Origin: Thiobacillaceae bacterium
GTDB lineage: Bacteria; Pseudomonadota; Gammaproteobacteria; Burkholderiales; Thiobacillaceae
Reading direction: 5' to 3'
Length of the DNA stretch: 46,892 bases
Assembly (NCBI GenBank): GCA_012274165.1
Contig: JAAPAA010000268.1
Span: forward strand, 1 to 46,892
In this document: one piece after another, positions 37,677-46,892 of the stretch
How the letters are laid out: each line of letters opens with the position of its first letter
Numbering within the stretch: position 1 is the stretch's first letter
The notes under the pieces: model-generated
Database searches by the model: none
What the model was told of the DNA's origin: nothing
Seen by the model: the letters and a program-made list of their open reading frames with translations, nothing else
Made by a program: the position numbers and the translations under genes

Positions 37677-37899
37677 CGCTTTCCTCCAGAATCTGGTCGA
37701 GCAATTCCCAGGTTGTACGCGCGTCGGATTCGGCTATCTTCTGGATGGCGTAGCCGACATGCACCATGACGAAGTCGCCGATTGCGGGCGGCTCGTCCTG
37801 CATCATGAACAGGCTGACGTCGCGCCACACGCCCTTGGCCTGACAGCGGGCGGTGTAGCCTTCGATCGATTCGATCTGCATGGGAATGGCGAGGCACAT
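37669..37899 (-). CDS. hypC: Hydrogenase chaperone HypC/HupF
   Basis: MCLAIP, GDFVMVHVGYAI. Confidence 0.96.
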   Translation of the reverse strand: MCLAIPMQIESIEGYTARCQAKGVWRDVSLFMMQDEPPAIGDFVMVHVGYAIQKIAESDARTTWELLDQILEESGA

Positions 37900-38049
37900 G
37901 GGGGGTGACCAGAAACTATACTCGGATCAGTATAGGTGATTTTCCGCCCCTGGCACTGATTGGAAATATTTCAAAATAGTTAAAATAAATCAGATACTTG
38001 AGCGGTTTACTTGGTTGTTATTCAACTGCCGTGCTGATAGATTGAATAA

Positions 38050-38523
38050 ATGAAAACGCTCGTGCTCGGCATCGGCAACACCCTGCTCACCGATGAAGGC
38101 ATCGGCCTTCATGTGCTGCAGGCACTCGAACCCGAGCTGGCGAATTGGCCCGATGTGACCCTGCTCGATGGCGGCACGCTGTCGTTCACGCTGGCGGGGC
38201 CGATCGAGGACGCCGATGCGCTGATCGTGGTCGACGCCGCCAACATCAAGACCCAACCGGGTGGATGGACCTTGCTGAAAGGGGAGGAAATGGACGCATT
38301 TCTGATGAGCAATCGCAAGTCCACGGTGCACGAAGTGGGACTGACCGACCTGCGCGCGATTGCCATACTGGCGGGACACTGGCCGGACAAACGGGCGATG
38401 CTGGCGATCCAGCCCGATGTCATCGACTGGGGCGAGCAGCCCACACCTGCCGTTGCAGCAGCCATTCCGCCCGCCTGTGCGGCGATCCGCGAACTGATCC
38501 GGGAGTGGCAGCATGTCACTTGA
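38050..38523 (+). CDS. Hydrogenase maturation endopeptidase (HyaD/HybD/HupD family)
   Basis: LGIGNTLLTDEGIG, LLDGGT, IVVDA, STVHEVGL. Confidence 0.93.
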   Translation: MKTLVLGIGNTLLTDEGIGLHVLQALEPELANWPDVTLLDGGTLSFTLAGPIEDADALIVVDAANIKTQPGGWTLLKGEEMDAFLMSNRKSTVHEVGLTDLRAIAILAGHWPDKRAMLAIQPDVIDWGEQPTPAVAAAIPPACAAIRELIREWQHVT

Positions 38524-38929
38524 CGCCATCCCCATCCACGTCGTCAACACCCTGCCAGCCGGCCCCGGCCTGACCGGCAATGCGCCGCCGCTGTTGCGCG
38601 AGATTTCCGAACTGCTGCTTCGCCTGCTAGAAACTGGCGAGACCGCTGCCATCGATCTGTCTGCTCTGCCGCTGACGCCGGCCGATCTGGATTGGCTGCG
38701 CGACAAGCTGGGCGAGGGCGAAATTGCCGTCACCCTGCAGGCCAGCGGCGAATCCACGCTGAACGAGACCGCCTGTTCCGGCGTCTGGTGGGTGACGCAT
38801 CACAACGAAAATGGCGCGGTGACGTCGCAGTTCATCGAGGTGGCTTTCGTTCCGGAACTGGTCAAGGCCCATCCGCAGGATGTTGCAATCGGACAGGAAT
38901 ATCTTGAATTAATGATTGCCAACCTCTAA
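38513..38929 (+). CDS. hupH: Hydrogenase expression protein, HupH/HyaF C-terminal-domain family
   Basis: IDLSALPLTPAD...LGEGE...ETACSGVWWVTH...IEV..VP; directly before the small subunit. Confidence 0.8.
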   Translation: MSLDAIPIHVVNTLPAGPGLTGNAPPLLREISELLLRLLETGETAAIDLSALPLTPADLDWLRDKLGEGEIAVTLQASGESTLNETACSGVWWVTHHNENGAVTSQFIEVAFVPELVKAHPQDVAIGQEYLELMIANL

Positions 38930-38974
38930 GGTGCAATGAAGCGCGGTTAAGTTTTCTGTCAGGAGACAAGCATC

Positions 38975-40054
38975 ATGCAGGGTCCATTGATCGATACACT
39001 CATCCGGCAAGGCGTCAGCCGCCGCACCTTTCTCAAATACTGCGCCACGCTGGCCTCGATGATGGCCTTGCCGCCCTCAGCCGGGCTTGCGATGGCCGAG
39101 GCGATGGCCGCGTCCCGGCGGCCGTCGGTGATCTGGCTCCCGTTCCAGGAATGCACCGGCTGCACCGAGTCGATCACGCGCTCGCATTCGCCCACCATCG
39201 AAGGCATGATTTTCGACATGATTTCGCTCGACTATCAGGAAACGCTGATGGCCGCGGCGGGCTTCCAGGCCGAGGAAGCCCTGCACAGCGCGATGAAGGA
39301 CAACTACGGCAAATACCTGTTGATCGTCGATGGCTCGATTCCGCTGGGTGAGGACGGCGCCTATTCCTGCATCGGCGGCCAGTCCAATCTGGAGATGTTG
39401 AAGGAAGTCGGAAAAGGCGCAGCCGCCATCATCGCGGTGGGTTCCTGCGCGTCCTTCGGCGGCATCCCGAAAGCCAATCCGAATCCGACCGGCGCGGTAT
39501 CGGTGTCCGACATCATCAAGGACAAACCCATCGTCAACATCCCCGGCTGCCCGCCGATTCCGGTGGTGATGACCGGTGTGCTGGCGCATTACCTCACCTT
39601 CGGCAGCCTGCCGGAACTCGACGACAAGCGACGGCCCAAGGCTTTCTTCGGCGAAACCATCCACGACCGCTGCTACCGCCGGCCATTCTACGACCAGGGC
39701 AAATTCGCCAAGACCTTCGACGACGAAGGCGCACGCAACGGCTGGTGCCTGTTCGAACTCGGCTGCAAGGGACCGGTCACCCACAACGCCTGCGCCACGA
39801 CCAAATGGAACGGCGGCACCTCGTGGCCTGTTGAGTCCGGCCACGGCTGTCTCGGCTGCTCGGAACCCGATTTTTGGGATGCCGGCAGCTTCTACAAGGC
39901 CTTGTCGACGCCGGCCAATCCGCTCAAGTACGCAGCGGCCGCTGCAGTAGGGGGCGCGGTCGCGGGTGTCGCGGTCAGTTTTGCCAATCGCGCCAAGAAG
40001 GGCGCGGCCAAATCGGCACATGAAACGACCACGTTGACCGACCTGGAGAAATGA
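38975..40054 (+). CDS. hynS: [NiFe]-hydrogenase small subunit (group 1e)
   Basis: Tat SRRTFLKYC, ECTGC, GSCASFGG, PGCPP, IHDRCYRR, WCLFELGCKGP, HGCLGC, C-terminal TM helix. Confidence 0.95.
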   Translation: MQGPLIDTLIRQGVSRRTFLKYCATLASMMALPPSAGLAMAEAMAASRRPSVIWLPFQECTGCTESITRSHSPTIEGMIFDMISLDYQETLMAAAGFQAEEALHSAMKDNYGKYLLIVDGSIPLGEDGAYSCIGGQSNLEMLKEVGKGAAAIIAVGSCASFGGIPKANPNPTGAVSVSDIIKDKPIVNIPGCPPIPVVMTGVLAHYLTFGSLPELDDKRRPKAFFGETIHDRCYRRPFYDQGKFAKTFDDEGARNGWCLFELGCKGPVTHNACATTKWNGGTSWPVESGHGCLGCSEPDFWDAGSFYKALSTPANPLKYAAAAAVGGAVAGVAVSFANRAKKGAAKSAHETTTLTDLEK

Positions 40055-40716
40055 TCATGAACGAATTGCAATTGCTGACTTGGGTGCGCGGCCCGGGATT
40101 GAACATTGCGGTGGGAATTTTCCTGCTGGGCGTGCTGTGGCGTCTGTTTGAGATCTACTCGCTCGGCCGCAAGAAAGACCTGTCCGCGCCGCGCCACACG
40201 TCCGGTGCATCCGGCCTGCACACCGTGTTCCGCCGCTCGCTGCCGCCGCCCGGCATGCTGAAGCGTTCGCCGGTGAGCTATATCGGTGGTTACATCTTTC
40301 ACATCGGGCTGGCCATCATCGTGTTCCTGGGGGCACCGCACATCCTGCTGATCACCAGCCTCACCGGCCTGTCGTGGCCCTCGCTGCCGTCGCAGTTCAT
40401 CGGTCTGACGGCGGTGGTGACGATGGCGGCGATGGTGGTGGTGCTGGCCGACCGTATCAACAAGCCGGTCAAGCGTTTCCTCAGCACCTTCGAGGACTGG
40501 TTTGCCTGGGCGGTGACCTTCCTGCCGGTGCTGACCGGCTGGCTGGCAACGCAGCACCTGCTGCTGCCCTACACCCAGATGCTGGCGCTGCATATCCTCA
40601 CCGCGGAAATCCTGCTGGTGGTGCTGCCGTTCACCAAGCTGTTCCATGTGTTCACCCTGTTCGGCTCGCGCTGGTACAACGGCCGGGTCAATGGGCATAA
40701 AGGAGTGCCGGTATGA
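40051..40716 (+). CDS. isp1: Isp1, NarI/DsrM-like heme b membrane subunit
   Basis: About five TM helices with His residues (FHIG, APH, LHIL, KLFH); sits between the small subunit and isp2. Confidence 0.88.
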   Translation: MIMNELQLLTWVRGPGLNIAVGIFLLGVLWRLFEIYSLGRKKDLSAPRHTSGASGLHTVFRRSLPPPGMLKRSPVSYIGGYIFHIGLAIIVFLGAPHILLITSLTGLSWPSLPSQFIGLTAVVTMAAMVVVLADRINKPVKRFLSTFEDWFAWAVTFLPVLTGWLATQHLLLPYTQMLALHILTAEILLVVLPFTKLFHVFTLFGSRWYNGRVNGHKGVPV

Positions 40717-41996
40717 GCGCCACCCTCGAAAAAGGCATCCGCGTCCTCAAGGAAGTCATCGACGCGCCCATCGCCAGTTATTTTGAAAGCTGCGTGCACT
40801 GCGGCCTGTGCGCCGAGGCCTGCCTGTTCTACACCGAAACCGGCGATCCCAAATACACCCCGATCCACAAGCTGGAACCGTTGCGCCGCGTCTACGAGCA
40901 GGAGTACACGCTGCTGGGACGGCTGAAGAAAATGGTCGGCCTGTCCAAGCCGGTGACCGATGGCGAACTCGATCAATGGCAGGAACTGGTCTACAACAGT
41001 TGCACGCTGTGCGGCCGCTGTTCCGCCGTGTGCCCGGTCGGCAACGACATCGTCTACATGGTGCGCAAGTTCCGCGAGGGCATGTCCGCCTCCGGTCACG
41101 CGCCGGAAGGCATCATCGGCGCAGTCAACCGCACCGTCACCATCGGCAGTCCGATGGGGGTCAAGCTGCCCGCGGTGAAAGCGCAGATGAAACACGTCGA
41201 AGAAGACTACGGCCTGCCGATTCCGCTCGACGCCGAAGGCGCCGAATACATGGTGATGCTGTCCTCGATGGAGATCATCAACTTCCCCGAATATCTGGGC
41301 GCCGTCGCCAAGATCATGCATCAGGCAGGCAAGACCTGGACGCTGTGCTCGACCGCGTTCGAGGCCACCAACGCCGGCATCCAGATCGGCAATTCCGACC
41401 TGGCGAAAGTGATCGTCTCGCGCATCGTCGACGGGGCGGAAAAGCTCAAGGTCAAGACCGTGATCAGCCCCGAGTGCGGCCACGCATATACCGCGCTACG
41501 CTGGGAAGGCGCCAACCTGATCGGGCGGCCATTTACCTTCGAGGTCAAGCACATCATCGAAGTGCTGGACGAGTTCCAGGCGCAGGGACTGCTGAAAACA
41601 GAAGGCTTCGAGACCGACAAGCTGACCTTCCACGATCCCTGCCAGCTGGTGCGTCGCGGCGGTGTGATCCAGCAGCCCCGCACGCTGATGAACATGGTGG
41701 CGAAGAACTTCGTCGAGATGCCCGATGCCGGCTACATGAACTGGTGCTGCGGCGGTGGCGGCGGCGCATCGGCCATCGAGGAGGGCGAGGCATTGCGGCT
41801 GGAAGCCTTCAAGAAAAAGAAATCCCAGTTCGAAGCGGTCAAACCGGATCGGGTGGTGACCGCCTGCGCCAACTGTCGCATCGTGCTGGAAGAAGGCCTG
41901 GAGCACTACCAGATGGATATCCCGGTGATCGGTCTGACCGAAATGATCGCTGAACATATTCCGGACAACGCGCCGCAAGCGGCAACCAAGTCGTAA
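40713..41996 (+). CDS. isp2: Isp2, HdrD/DsrK-like Fe-S protein
   Basis: CVHCGLCAEAC and CTLCGRCSAVCP ferredoxin motifs, ECGH, FHDPCQ, CCGGGGG, TACANC (CCG domain). Confidence 0.9.
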   Translation: MSATLEKGIRVLKEVIDAPIASYFESCVHCGLCAEACLFYTETGDPKYTPIHKLEPLRRVYEQEYTLLGRLKKMVGLSKPVTDGELDQWQELVYNSCTLCGRCSAVCPVGNDIVYMVRKFREGMSASGHAPEGIIGAVNRTVTIGSPMGVKLPAVKAQMKHVEEDYGLPIPLDAEGAEYMVMLSSMEIINFPEYLGAVAKIMHQAGKTWTLCSTAFEATNAGIQIGNSDLAKVIVSRIVDGAEKLKVKTVISPECGHAYTALRWEGANLIGRPFTFEVKHIIEVLDEFQAQGLLKTEGFETDKLTFHDPCQLVRRGGVIQQPRTLMNMVAKNFVEMPDAGYMNWCCGGGGGASAIEEGEALRLEAFKKKKSQFEAVKPDRVVTACANCRIVLEEGLEHYQMDIPVIGLTEMIAEHIPDNAPQAATKS

Positions 41997-42008
41997 GGAG
42001 CCTCATTC

Positions 42009-43772
42009 ATGACCACAGCACAACGCATCGTCGTTGATCCCATCACCCGCATCGAGGGGCACCTGCGTATCGAGGCGGAAACCGATGCCAGCGGCAAGAT
42101 CATCAGTGCGTATTCCGCCGGCACCATGGTGCGCGGCATCGAGATCATCCTGCGCGGCCGCGACCCGCGCGATGCCTGGGCGTTTGCCCAGCGCATCTGC
42201 GGCGTTTGCACGCTGGTGCACGGCATCGCCTCGGTGCGTTCGGTGGAAGATGCGTTGCATCGCGCCATCCCCAGTTACAGCATCCCGAAGAACGCGGAGC
42301 TGATCCGCAACCTGATGATCGCCGCGCAATACGTGCACGACCACGTGATGCACTTCTATCACCTGCACGCGCTTGACTGGGTCGATGTGGTGTCGGCGCT
42401 AAAGGCCGACCCCAAGGCTACCTCGGCGCTGGCGCAATCGCTCTCCAGCTATCCGCGGTCGTCGCCGGGCTACTTCGCCGACGTGCAGAAGAAGGTGAAG
42501 ACTTTCGTCGAGCAGGGCCAGCTCGGCATTTTCGCCAACGCCTACTGGGGCCACCCCGCCTACAAGCTGCCGCCGGAAGCCAACCTGATGGCGGTGGCGC
42601 ACTACCTCGACGCGCTCGCCTGGCAGCGCGACGTGGTCAAGCTGCATGCCATTTTCGGCGGCAAGAATCCGCACCCCAATTTCGTCGTGGGCGGCGTGCC
42701 ATCGGCCATTTCCGTGCACACCAGCGGCGGCGGCCAGGACGCCACCGCGCTCAACATCGTGGGGCTGCAGACAGTGCAGAACGTCATCAAGCAGATGCGC
42801 GATTTCGTCGATCAGGCCTATGTGCCCGATACGCTGGCGATTGCTGGTTTCTACAAGGACTGGGGCAGCCGCGGCGAAGGGCTGGGCAACTTCCTGTCGT
42901 TCGGCGACCTGCCGTCGAAAGGCTTCTGGGACACCGAGTCCTATCTGATTCCGCGCGGCGTCATCCTCAACCGCGACCTGAGCAAAATTCATCCGATCGA
43001 CCTCGATGCGGACAACGAAATCCAGGAATTCGTCAGCCACTCCTGGTACAAATACAGCCAGGGCGACAAACAGGGCCTGCACCCGTTCAAGGGCGAAACC
43101 GAGCTCAACTACACCGGGCCGAAGCCGCCCTACGCCCAGCTCGATGTGGAGCAGAAATACTCCTGGATGAAATCGCCGCGCTGGCAGGGCAAGTCGATGG
43201 AAGTCGGCCCGCTCGCCCGCGTGCTGATGCTGTACGCCAGCGGCAATGAACAGGCGAAGGAACTGGTGGGCATGACGCTGAAGACGCTCGACGTTCCGGT
43301 CGACGCGCTGTTCTCGACGCTCGGCCGCACCGCCGCGCGCACGCTGGAATCGAAGATCCTGGCCGACGCCATGCAGGGCTGGTACGACCAGCTCATCGCC
43401 AATATCAAGGCCGGCGATGTGCGTACCTTCAACGACCAGTATTGGGATCCGTCGACCTGGCCCAGCCACATGCAGGGCGTCGGCCTGATGGAAGCGCCGC
43501 GCGGCGGCTTGAGCCACTGGATCGTCATCGACGACGCCAAGATCACCAACTATCAGGCGGTGGTGCCCAGCACCTGGAACGCCGGCCCGCGCGACATGAA
43601 TGGCCAGCCGGGCGCGTACGAGGCGGCGCTGCAGGACAACCACGTGATGGCGGACCCGAAACAGCCGATCGAGATCCTGCGCACCATCCATTCGTTCGAC
43701 CCGTGCATTGCCTGCGCCGTGCACGTGACCGACCCGGACGGCGAGGAGTTGGTGCAGGTGAAAATCAAGTGA
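42009..43772 (+). CDS. hynL: [NiFe]-hydrogenase large subunit (group 1e)
   Basis: DPITRIEGH, L1 QRICGVC, L2 SFDPCIACAVH, plus a cleavable C-terminal extension. Confidence 0.96.
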   Translation: MTTAQRIVVDPITRIEGHLRIEAETDASGKIISAYSAGTMVRGIEIILRGRDPRDAWAFAQRICGVCTLVHGIASVRSVEDALHRAIPSYSIPKNAELIRNLMIAAQYVHDHVMHFYHLHALDWVDVVSALKADPKATSALAQSLSSYPRSSPGYFADVQKKVKTFVEQGQLGIFANAYWGHPAYKLPPEANLMAVAHYLDALAWQRDVVKLHAIFGGKNPHPNFVVGGVPSAISVHTSGGGQDATALNIVGLQTVQNVIKQMRDFVDQAYVPDTLAIAGFYKDWGSRGEGLGNFLSFGDLPSKGFWDTESYLIPRGVILNRDLSKIHPIDLDADNEIQEFVSHSWYKYSQGDKQGLHPFKGETELNYTGPKPPYAQLDVEQKYSWMKSPRWQGKSMEVGPLARVLMLYASGNEQAKELVGMTLKTLDVPVDALFSTLGRTAARTLESKILADAMQGWYDQLIANIKAGDVRTFNDQYWDPSTWPSHMQGVGLMEAPRGGLSHWIVIDDAKITNYQAVVPSTWNAGPRDMNGQPGAYEAALQDNHVMADPKQPIEILRTIHSFDPCIACAVHVTDPDGEELVQVKIK

Positions 43773-43792
43773 TGAATTCTGGAGAACGCACA

Positions 43793-44365
43793 ATGAAACC
43801 AATGAAGCATGCACGAACCATCGCCCTGACCGCCCTCTGCCTCTATGCGGGGACGGCATCCGCTCACCCTGGACATATGGCAGCCGGTTTCGCCGGTGGT
43901 CTGGCACACCCCTTTCTTGGGCTGGATCACCTGCTGGCCATGATCGCGATTGGCCTGTGGGCTGCGCAGCAGGGTGGCCGCGCGCCGTGGGCTGTGCCCG
44001 CAGCCTTTGTTGGCGCGATGGTGTTGGGCGGCGGGCTGGCGTGGGCCGGCCTGGCGCTGCCTCAGGTTGAGGCCGGCATCGCGGTCTCGGTGCTGGTGCT
44101 GGGCCTGCTGATCGCCACGCGGCGCCAGTGGCCGGTCACGGCTGGCATGGCGGTCGCCGCCGGATTCGCGCTGTTCCACGGCTACGCCCATGGACTGGAC
44201 ATGCCGCAGGCCACGTCGCCCGCGTTGTATGCCCTGGGCTTCGTGCTGGCGACGGCTTTTTTTCATGGCGTGGGCATCGCCGGCAGCCTGAGCGGCCGTT
44301 ATGCGATGCAGGCTGCGGGTGCCGCGATCGCGGCCAGCGGCCTGGCGATGCTGGTGGGAATGTGA
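43793..44365 (+). CDS. hupE: HupE/UreJ-family nickel transporter
   Basis: Signal ending ASA-HPGH, GLAHPFLGLDHLLAM, FALFHGYAHG; GGAGA RBS. Confidence 0.92.
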   Translation: MKPMKHARTIALTALCLYAGTASAHPGHMAAGFAGGLAHPFLGLDHLLAMIAIGLWAAQQGGRAPWAVPAAFVGAMVLGGGLAWAGLALPQVEAGIAVSVLVLGLLIATRRQWPVTAGMAVAAGFALFHGYAHGLDMPQATSPALYALGFVLATAFFHGVGIAGSLSGRYAMQAAGAAIAASGLAMLVGM

Positions 44366-44372
44366 GCCGCCG

Positions 44373-44690
44373 ATGGACGATCAGCTGCAACGCCTGCTGG
44401 AAGCCGAAACCCGCGCACAGGCGGTGATCGATGCCGCCAGCCAGGAACGCCAGCGCATCATCGATGACACATTGGCGACCGTGCGTGATGCCGAGGCGCG
44501 TTTCGAGGCGGGTCGCGTCGGCCTGCGTGCCCCTTTCCTGAGCGAGGCGCTGGGACGCGCCGATCAGGCGGTGGCCGGGTTTACGCGCAAATACGGAGAG
44601 CGCCAGCGCACCCTGCGCGATCTGGCGGCGCGGCACGAATCCGATGCGGTGGATGCGGCGCTGGCGCTGTTGCTTGATCCATCCGAATGA
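44373..44690 (+). CDS. Probable V/A-type ATPase peripheral-stalk subunit (G/H-like)
   Basis: Short coiled coil MDDQLQRLLEAETRAQAVID...; first gene before subunits C and I. Confidence 0.6.
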   Translation: MDDQLQRLLEAETRAQAVIDAASQERQRIIDDTLATVRDAEARFEAGRVGLRAPFLSEALGRADQAVAGFTRKYGERQRTLRDLAARHESDAVDAALALLLDPSE

Positions 44691-44772
44691 GCGTCTGCCG
44701 TTCCTGACCAGGGAAGCGGGGTGGCGAAGTACGCCACCCCCCGACCCGAACGCGCTTCCCTTCCCATCCATC

Positions 44773-45813
44773 ATGTCCGCCTACCTCGACACCCGCGTCA
44801 GCCTGTATGCCGGCCGTCTCTGGCGCGACGAGGCGCTCGACGCGCTGGTCGGCGCGCCGGATGCGGTAGTCGCCGATACCCTGATGCAGCGCGGCTTGCC
44901 GCAGCTGGCGGCGGGCTTCGTCAATCCGGCCGGCAGGCAGGATGCCCGCTCGCTGGAGCAGCGCATCATTGCCCAGATTCTCGACGAAACGCGGGTGATG
45001 CTGCGGCCCCTGTCCGGCAGCGCGCGCAGCTTTCTGACTTTCTGGACTGCTCGCTTCGAGATTTCCAACGTCAAGACCCTGCTGCGCAGCAAGATGACGG
45101 ACGAACGTCCCGCCGCTGTGCTCGCCCGGCTGATCCCAATGGGGACATTTGGCCGCCTGGACAATCAGGATCTGGCGCATGCAGAAGATGTGGGTGAGCT
45201 GTTGCGCCGCCTGGAAGCCGGGCCGTATGCCGGTATCGTGCGCCATGCCCGGCGCGCGTTCGAGCAGAGCCACGATCCCTTCAGCCTGGATGCGGCGCTG
45301 GATCGTGCCTATTACGAAGGACTGACTGTGCGGGCCCAGCCGCTGGAGGAAACGGTGGGTGCGCCTTTTCGCGGGTTGATGGCCCAACTCATCGACCGCA
45401 TCAACCTGGTCTGGCTGTTGCGCTATCGCTTCAACTACAAGCTGCCGCCCGCGCAGGTGTATTACCTGCTGGTGGGGTCGCATTACAGTCTGACTGGCGC
45501 GCAGCTGCAACATCTGGCCGCGCAGGACAGCCTGGAAGCGGTGCTCGCCGCACTGCCCGCTTCCTGGCAGACGCGGCTGCATGGCGCAACCGGTATTCCC
45601 GGCGTGTTCGCCCGCATGGAACAAGCCGCCGCCGAGCAAGCGTTGCGGGTGTTGCATTCGCGCGCCCCAGCGATTGCCCGCGCCTTTGCCTACCTGATTC
45701 TGCGTGAACGCGACCTGCGCGCGGTGCGTGCCGTGTTGCGCGGGCGGCATCTCGGTCTGGTCAATGCCGATATCCGCCAGGCATTGCAACGTACTCCAAT
45801 CGAGATGGTCTGA
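44773..45813 (+). CDS. V/A-type ATPase subunit C (AC39/d family)
   Basis: MSAYLDTRV, RFEISNVKTLLR, LDAALDRAYY, IDRINLVWLLR, YLILRERDLRAVRAV..G; TGATG-coupled to subunit I. Confidence 0.85.
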   Translation: MSAYLDTRVSLYAGRLWRDEALDALVGAPDAVVADTLMQRGLPQLAAGFVNPAGRQDARSLEQRIIAQILDETRVMLRPLSGSARSFLTFWTARFEISNVKTLLRSKMTDERPAAVLARLIPMGTFGRLDNQDLAHAEDVGELLRRLEAGPYAGIVRHARRAFEQSHDPFSLDAALDRAYYEGLTVRAQPLEETVGAPFRGLMAQLIDRINLVWLLRYRFNYKLPPAQVYYLLVGSHYSLTGAQLQHLAAQDSLEAVLAALPASWQTRLHGATGIPGVFARMEQAAAEQALRVLHSRAPAIARAFAYLILRERDLRAVRAVLRGRHLGLVNADIRQALQRTPIEMV

Positions 45814-46892
45814 TGCTGCGCGCTGAACCCCTGCTCAAAATCCAACTCATGATGCTGGCGTCCGAAGCGCAGGATGCCGCGTTGTCGCTGGCCCGGTTTG
45901 GCGTATTCAACCCCGCTGCCTGCACGCTGGACACGCTCGCGGAATCGCCCGCGGCCGCCTATCGCGAAGCGTGGCTGGAAGCCGATGCGCGCCTGTCCAA
46001 GCTGCTGGAGCAGTGCGGTGACACCGGCCCCCTGTATCTGCCCGAGGAAGCCGAAGCCCCGACACTCGCCGATTTGCAGGAACTCAACAGCTGGTTGAAG
46101 GAAGTGTGGATTGCCTGTCTGACGTGTCACGAAAGCGAAGAACAGATTAACGAAGCGCGAAGTCATCTTGAGGCGCTGGAAGAGACGCTGGCCAAACTGG
46201 AACGGCTGAATGTCGACCTCGCGCAGCTGTTGCGCGCCGACAGCCTGCTGGCGGTTCGCATCGGCAGCTTGCCGGTGACCGGGCTCAAGCGGGTGACCGA
46301 GGCGCTGGCGATGACCAGCCATCTGGTTTCGCGCTTCGATCAGCTTGGCGAACAGGTGTTCGCGGTGATTGCCGGTCCGCGTGCCCGCCAGGACGAAGTA
46401 CAAGGCTTGCTGGCCCAGGCCGGCTGGCGAGAACTGCCGGTGCCGGACGAGTTGCGCACCCATCCGCACGCTGCGCGGACCTGGCTGGAAGCCGAGCGCA
46501 CCCGGCTGAACACGCGATCCGGCGCGGCATGCCAGATCATGGACGGACTGCGCGAACAGTTCGGCCCGCGCCTGCACGAAGCGCGCCTGCGCCTTGCCCT
46601 GGCCCGTCCGCTGGCCGAGGCTGCACTGGCGGGCGTGCGTGGCAAGGGGGGGCTGGCTGCCTTGTCTGGCTGGATACCCACGCGCGAGCTGGCCGCCCTG
46701 CGCGCAACGCTGGATCAACATTTTCATGGCCGCTACTGGCTCGACCTGCGCGAACCCGCTGCCGGTGACATGGACGAGGTGCCGTCGCTGATGCGCTACC
46801 CCGGCTGGATCCAGCCCTTCATCCCGCTGGTAAAAAGCTACGGCGTACCGCGCTATGGCGAGTTCGATCCGGCGCTGCCGTTTGCCTTCACC
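45813..46892 (+). CDS. V/A-type ATPase subunit I (a), partial, runs off the window end
   Basis: Read manually from ATG 45813 (MLRAEPLLKIQLMML...); ends ...LSGWIP...VPSLMRYPGWIQPFIPLVKSYGVPRYGEFDPALPFAFT, the motif that precedes the TM domain. Confidence 0.88.
   Translation, partial: MLRAEPLLKIQLMMLASEAQDAALSLARFGVFNPAACTLDTLAESPAAAYREAWLEADARLSKLLEQCGDTGPLYLPEEAEAPTLADLQELNSWLKEVWIACLTCHESEEQINEARSHLEALEETLAKLERLNVDLAQLLRADSLLAVRIGSLPVTGLKRVTEALAMTSHLVSRFDQLGEQVFAVIAGPRARQDEVQGLLAQAGWRELPVPDELRTHPHAARTWLEAERTRLNTRSGAACQIMDGLREQFGPRLHEARLRLALARPLAEAALAGVRGKGGLAALSGWIPTRELAALRATLDQHFHGRYWLDLREPAAGDMDEVPSLMRYPGWIQPFIPLVKSYGVPRYGEFDPALPFAFT

Noticed and set aside
37900-38049. Sigma-54 promoter in the divergent hyp/hyn intergenic region
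   Set aside because: TGGCACTGATTGGAA and the minus-strand CAGCACGGCAGTTGAA both fail the GG-N10-GC rule.
43696-43725. [NiFeSe] hydrogenase
   Set aside because: The L2 motif cysteines are encoded by TGC, not TGA.

Overview
GC-rich proteobacterial chromosomal window; the gene content (Isp-type hydrogenase) suggests a Thiobacillus-like sulfur/hydrogen oxidiser, which is inference only. It has two parts. (1) 1-31190 is an accessory, partly decaying region ending in a tRNA-Glu 3'-end fragment plus terminator (31172-31231), as expected for the att scar of an integrated island. It holds a low-oxygen/stress-type gene set (DLH hydrolase, DksA/TraR, two BCAM0308 paralogues, PRTase, PfpI, HPF-CSD, PolX-PHP, USP, YbhB), a UrtA-like binding protein coupled to a Cache-HAMP-PAS-GGDEF-EAL protein, a translationally coupled four-gene peptide/amide-ligase operon (C39-like peptidase, RimK-type ATP-grasp, GCS2 ligase, N-formylglutamate amidohydrolase), ggt, and an exported arylsulfatase/FGE/DUF1254x2/Tat-GFA/SphA cassette. 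Several genes are broken (CBS, ddh, polX, EVE, FGE, an SphA 5' duplicate). Two short arrays of degenerate ~33-bp palindromes with ~47-bp spacing lie at 21752-21992 and 31324-31583. (2) 31640-46892 is an apparently intact hypCA(DUF2314)BDFE operon, divergent from a protease-hupH-hynS-isp1-isp2-hynL-hupE group 1e [NiFe]-hydrogenase operon that runs directly into V/A-type ATPase genes (G/H-like, C, I partial). No integrase, transposase, rRNA, intact tRNA or CRISPR was seen. All family calls come from reading motifs by eye; no database searches were run.
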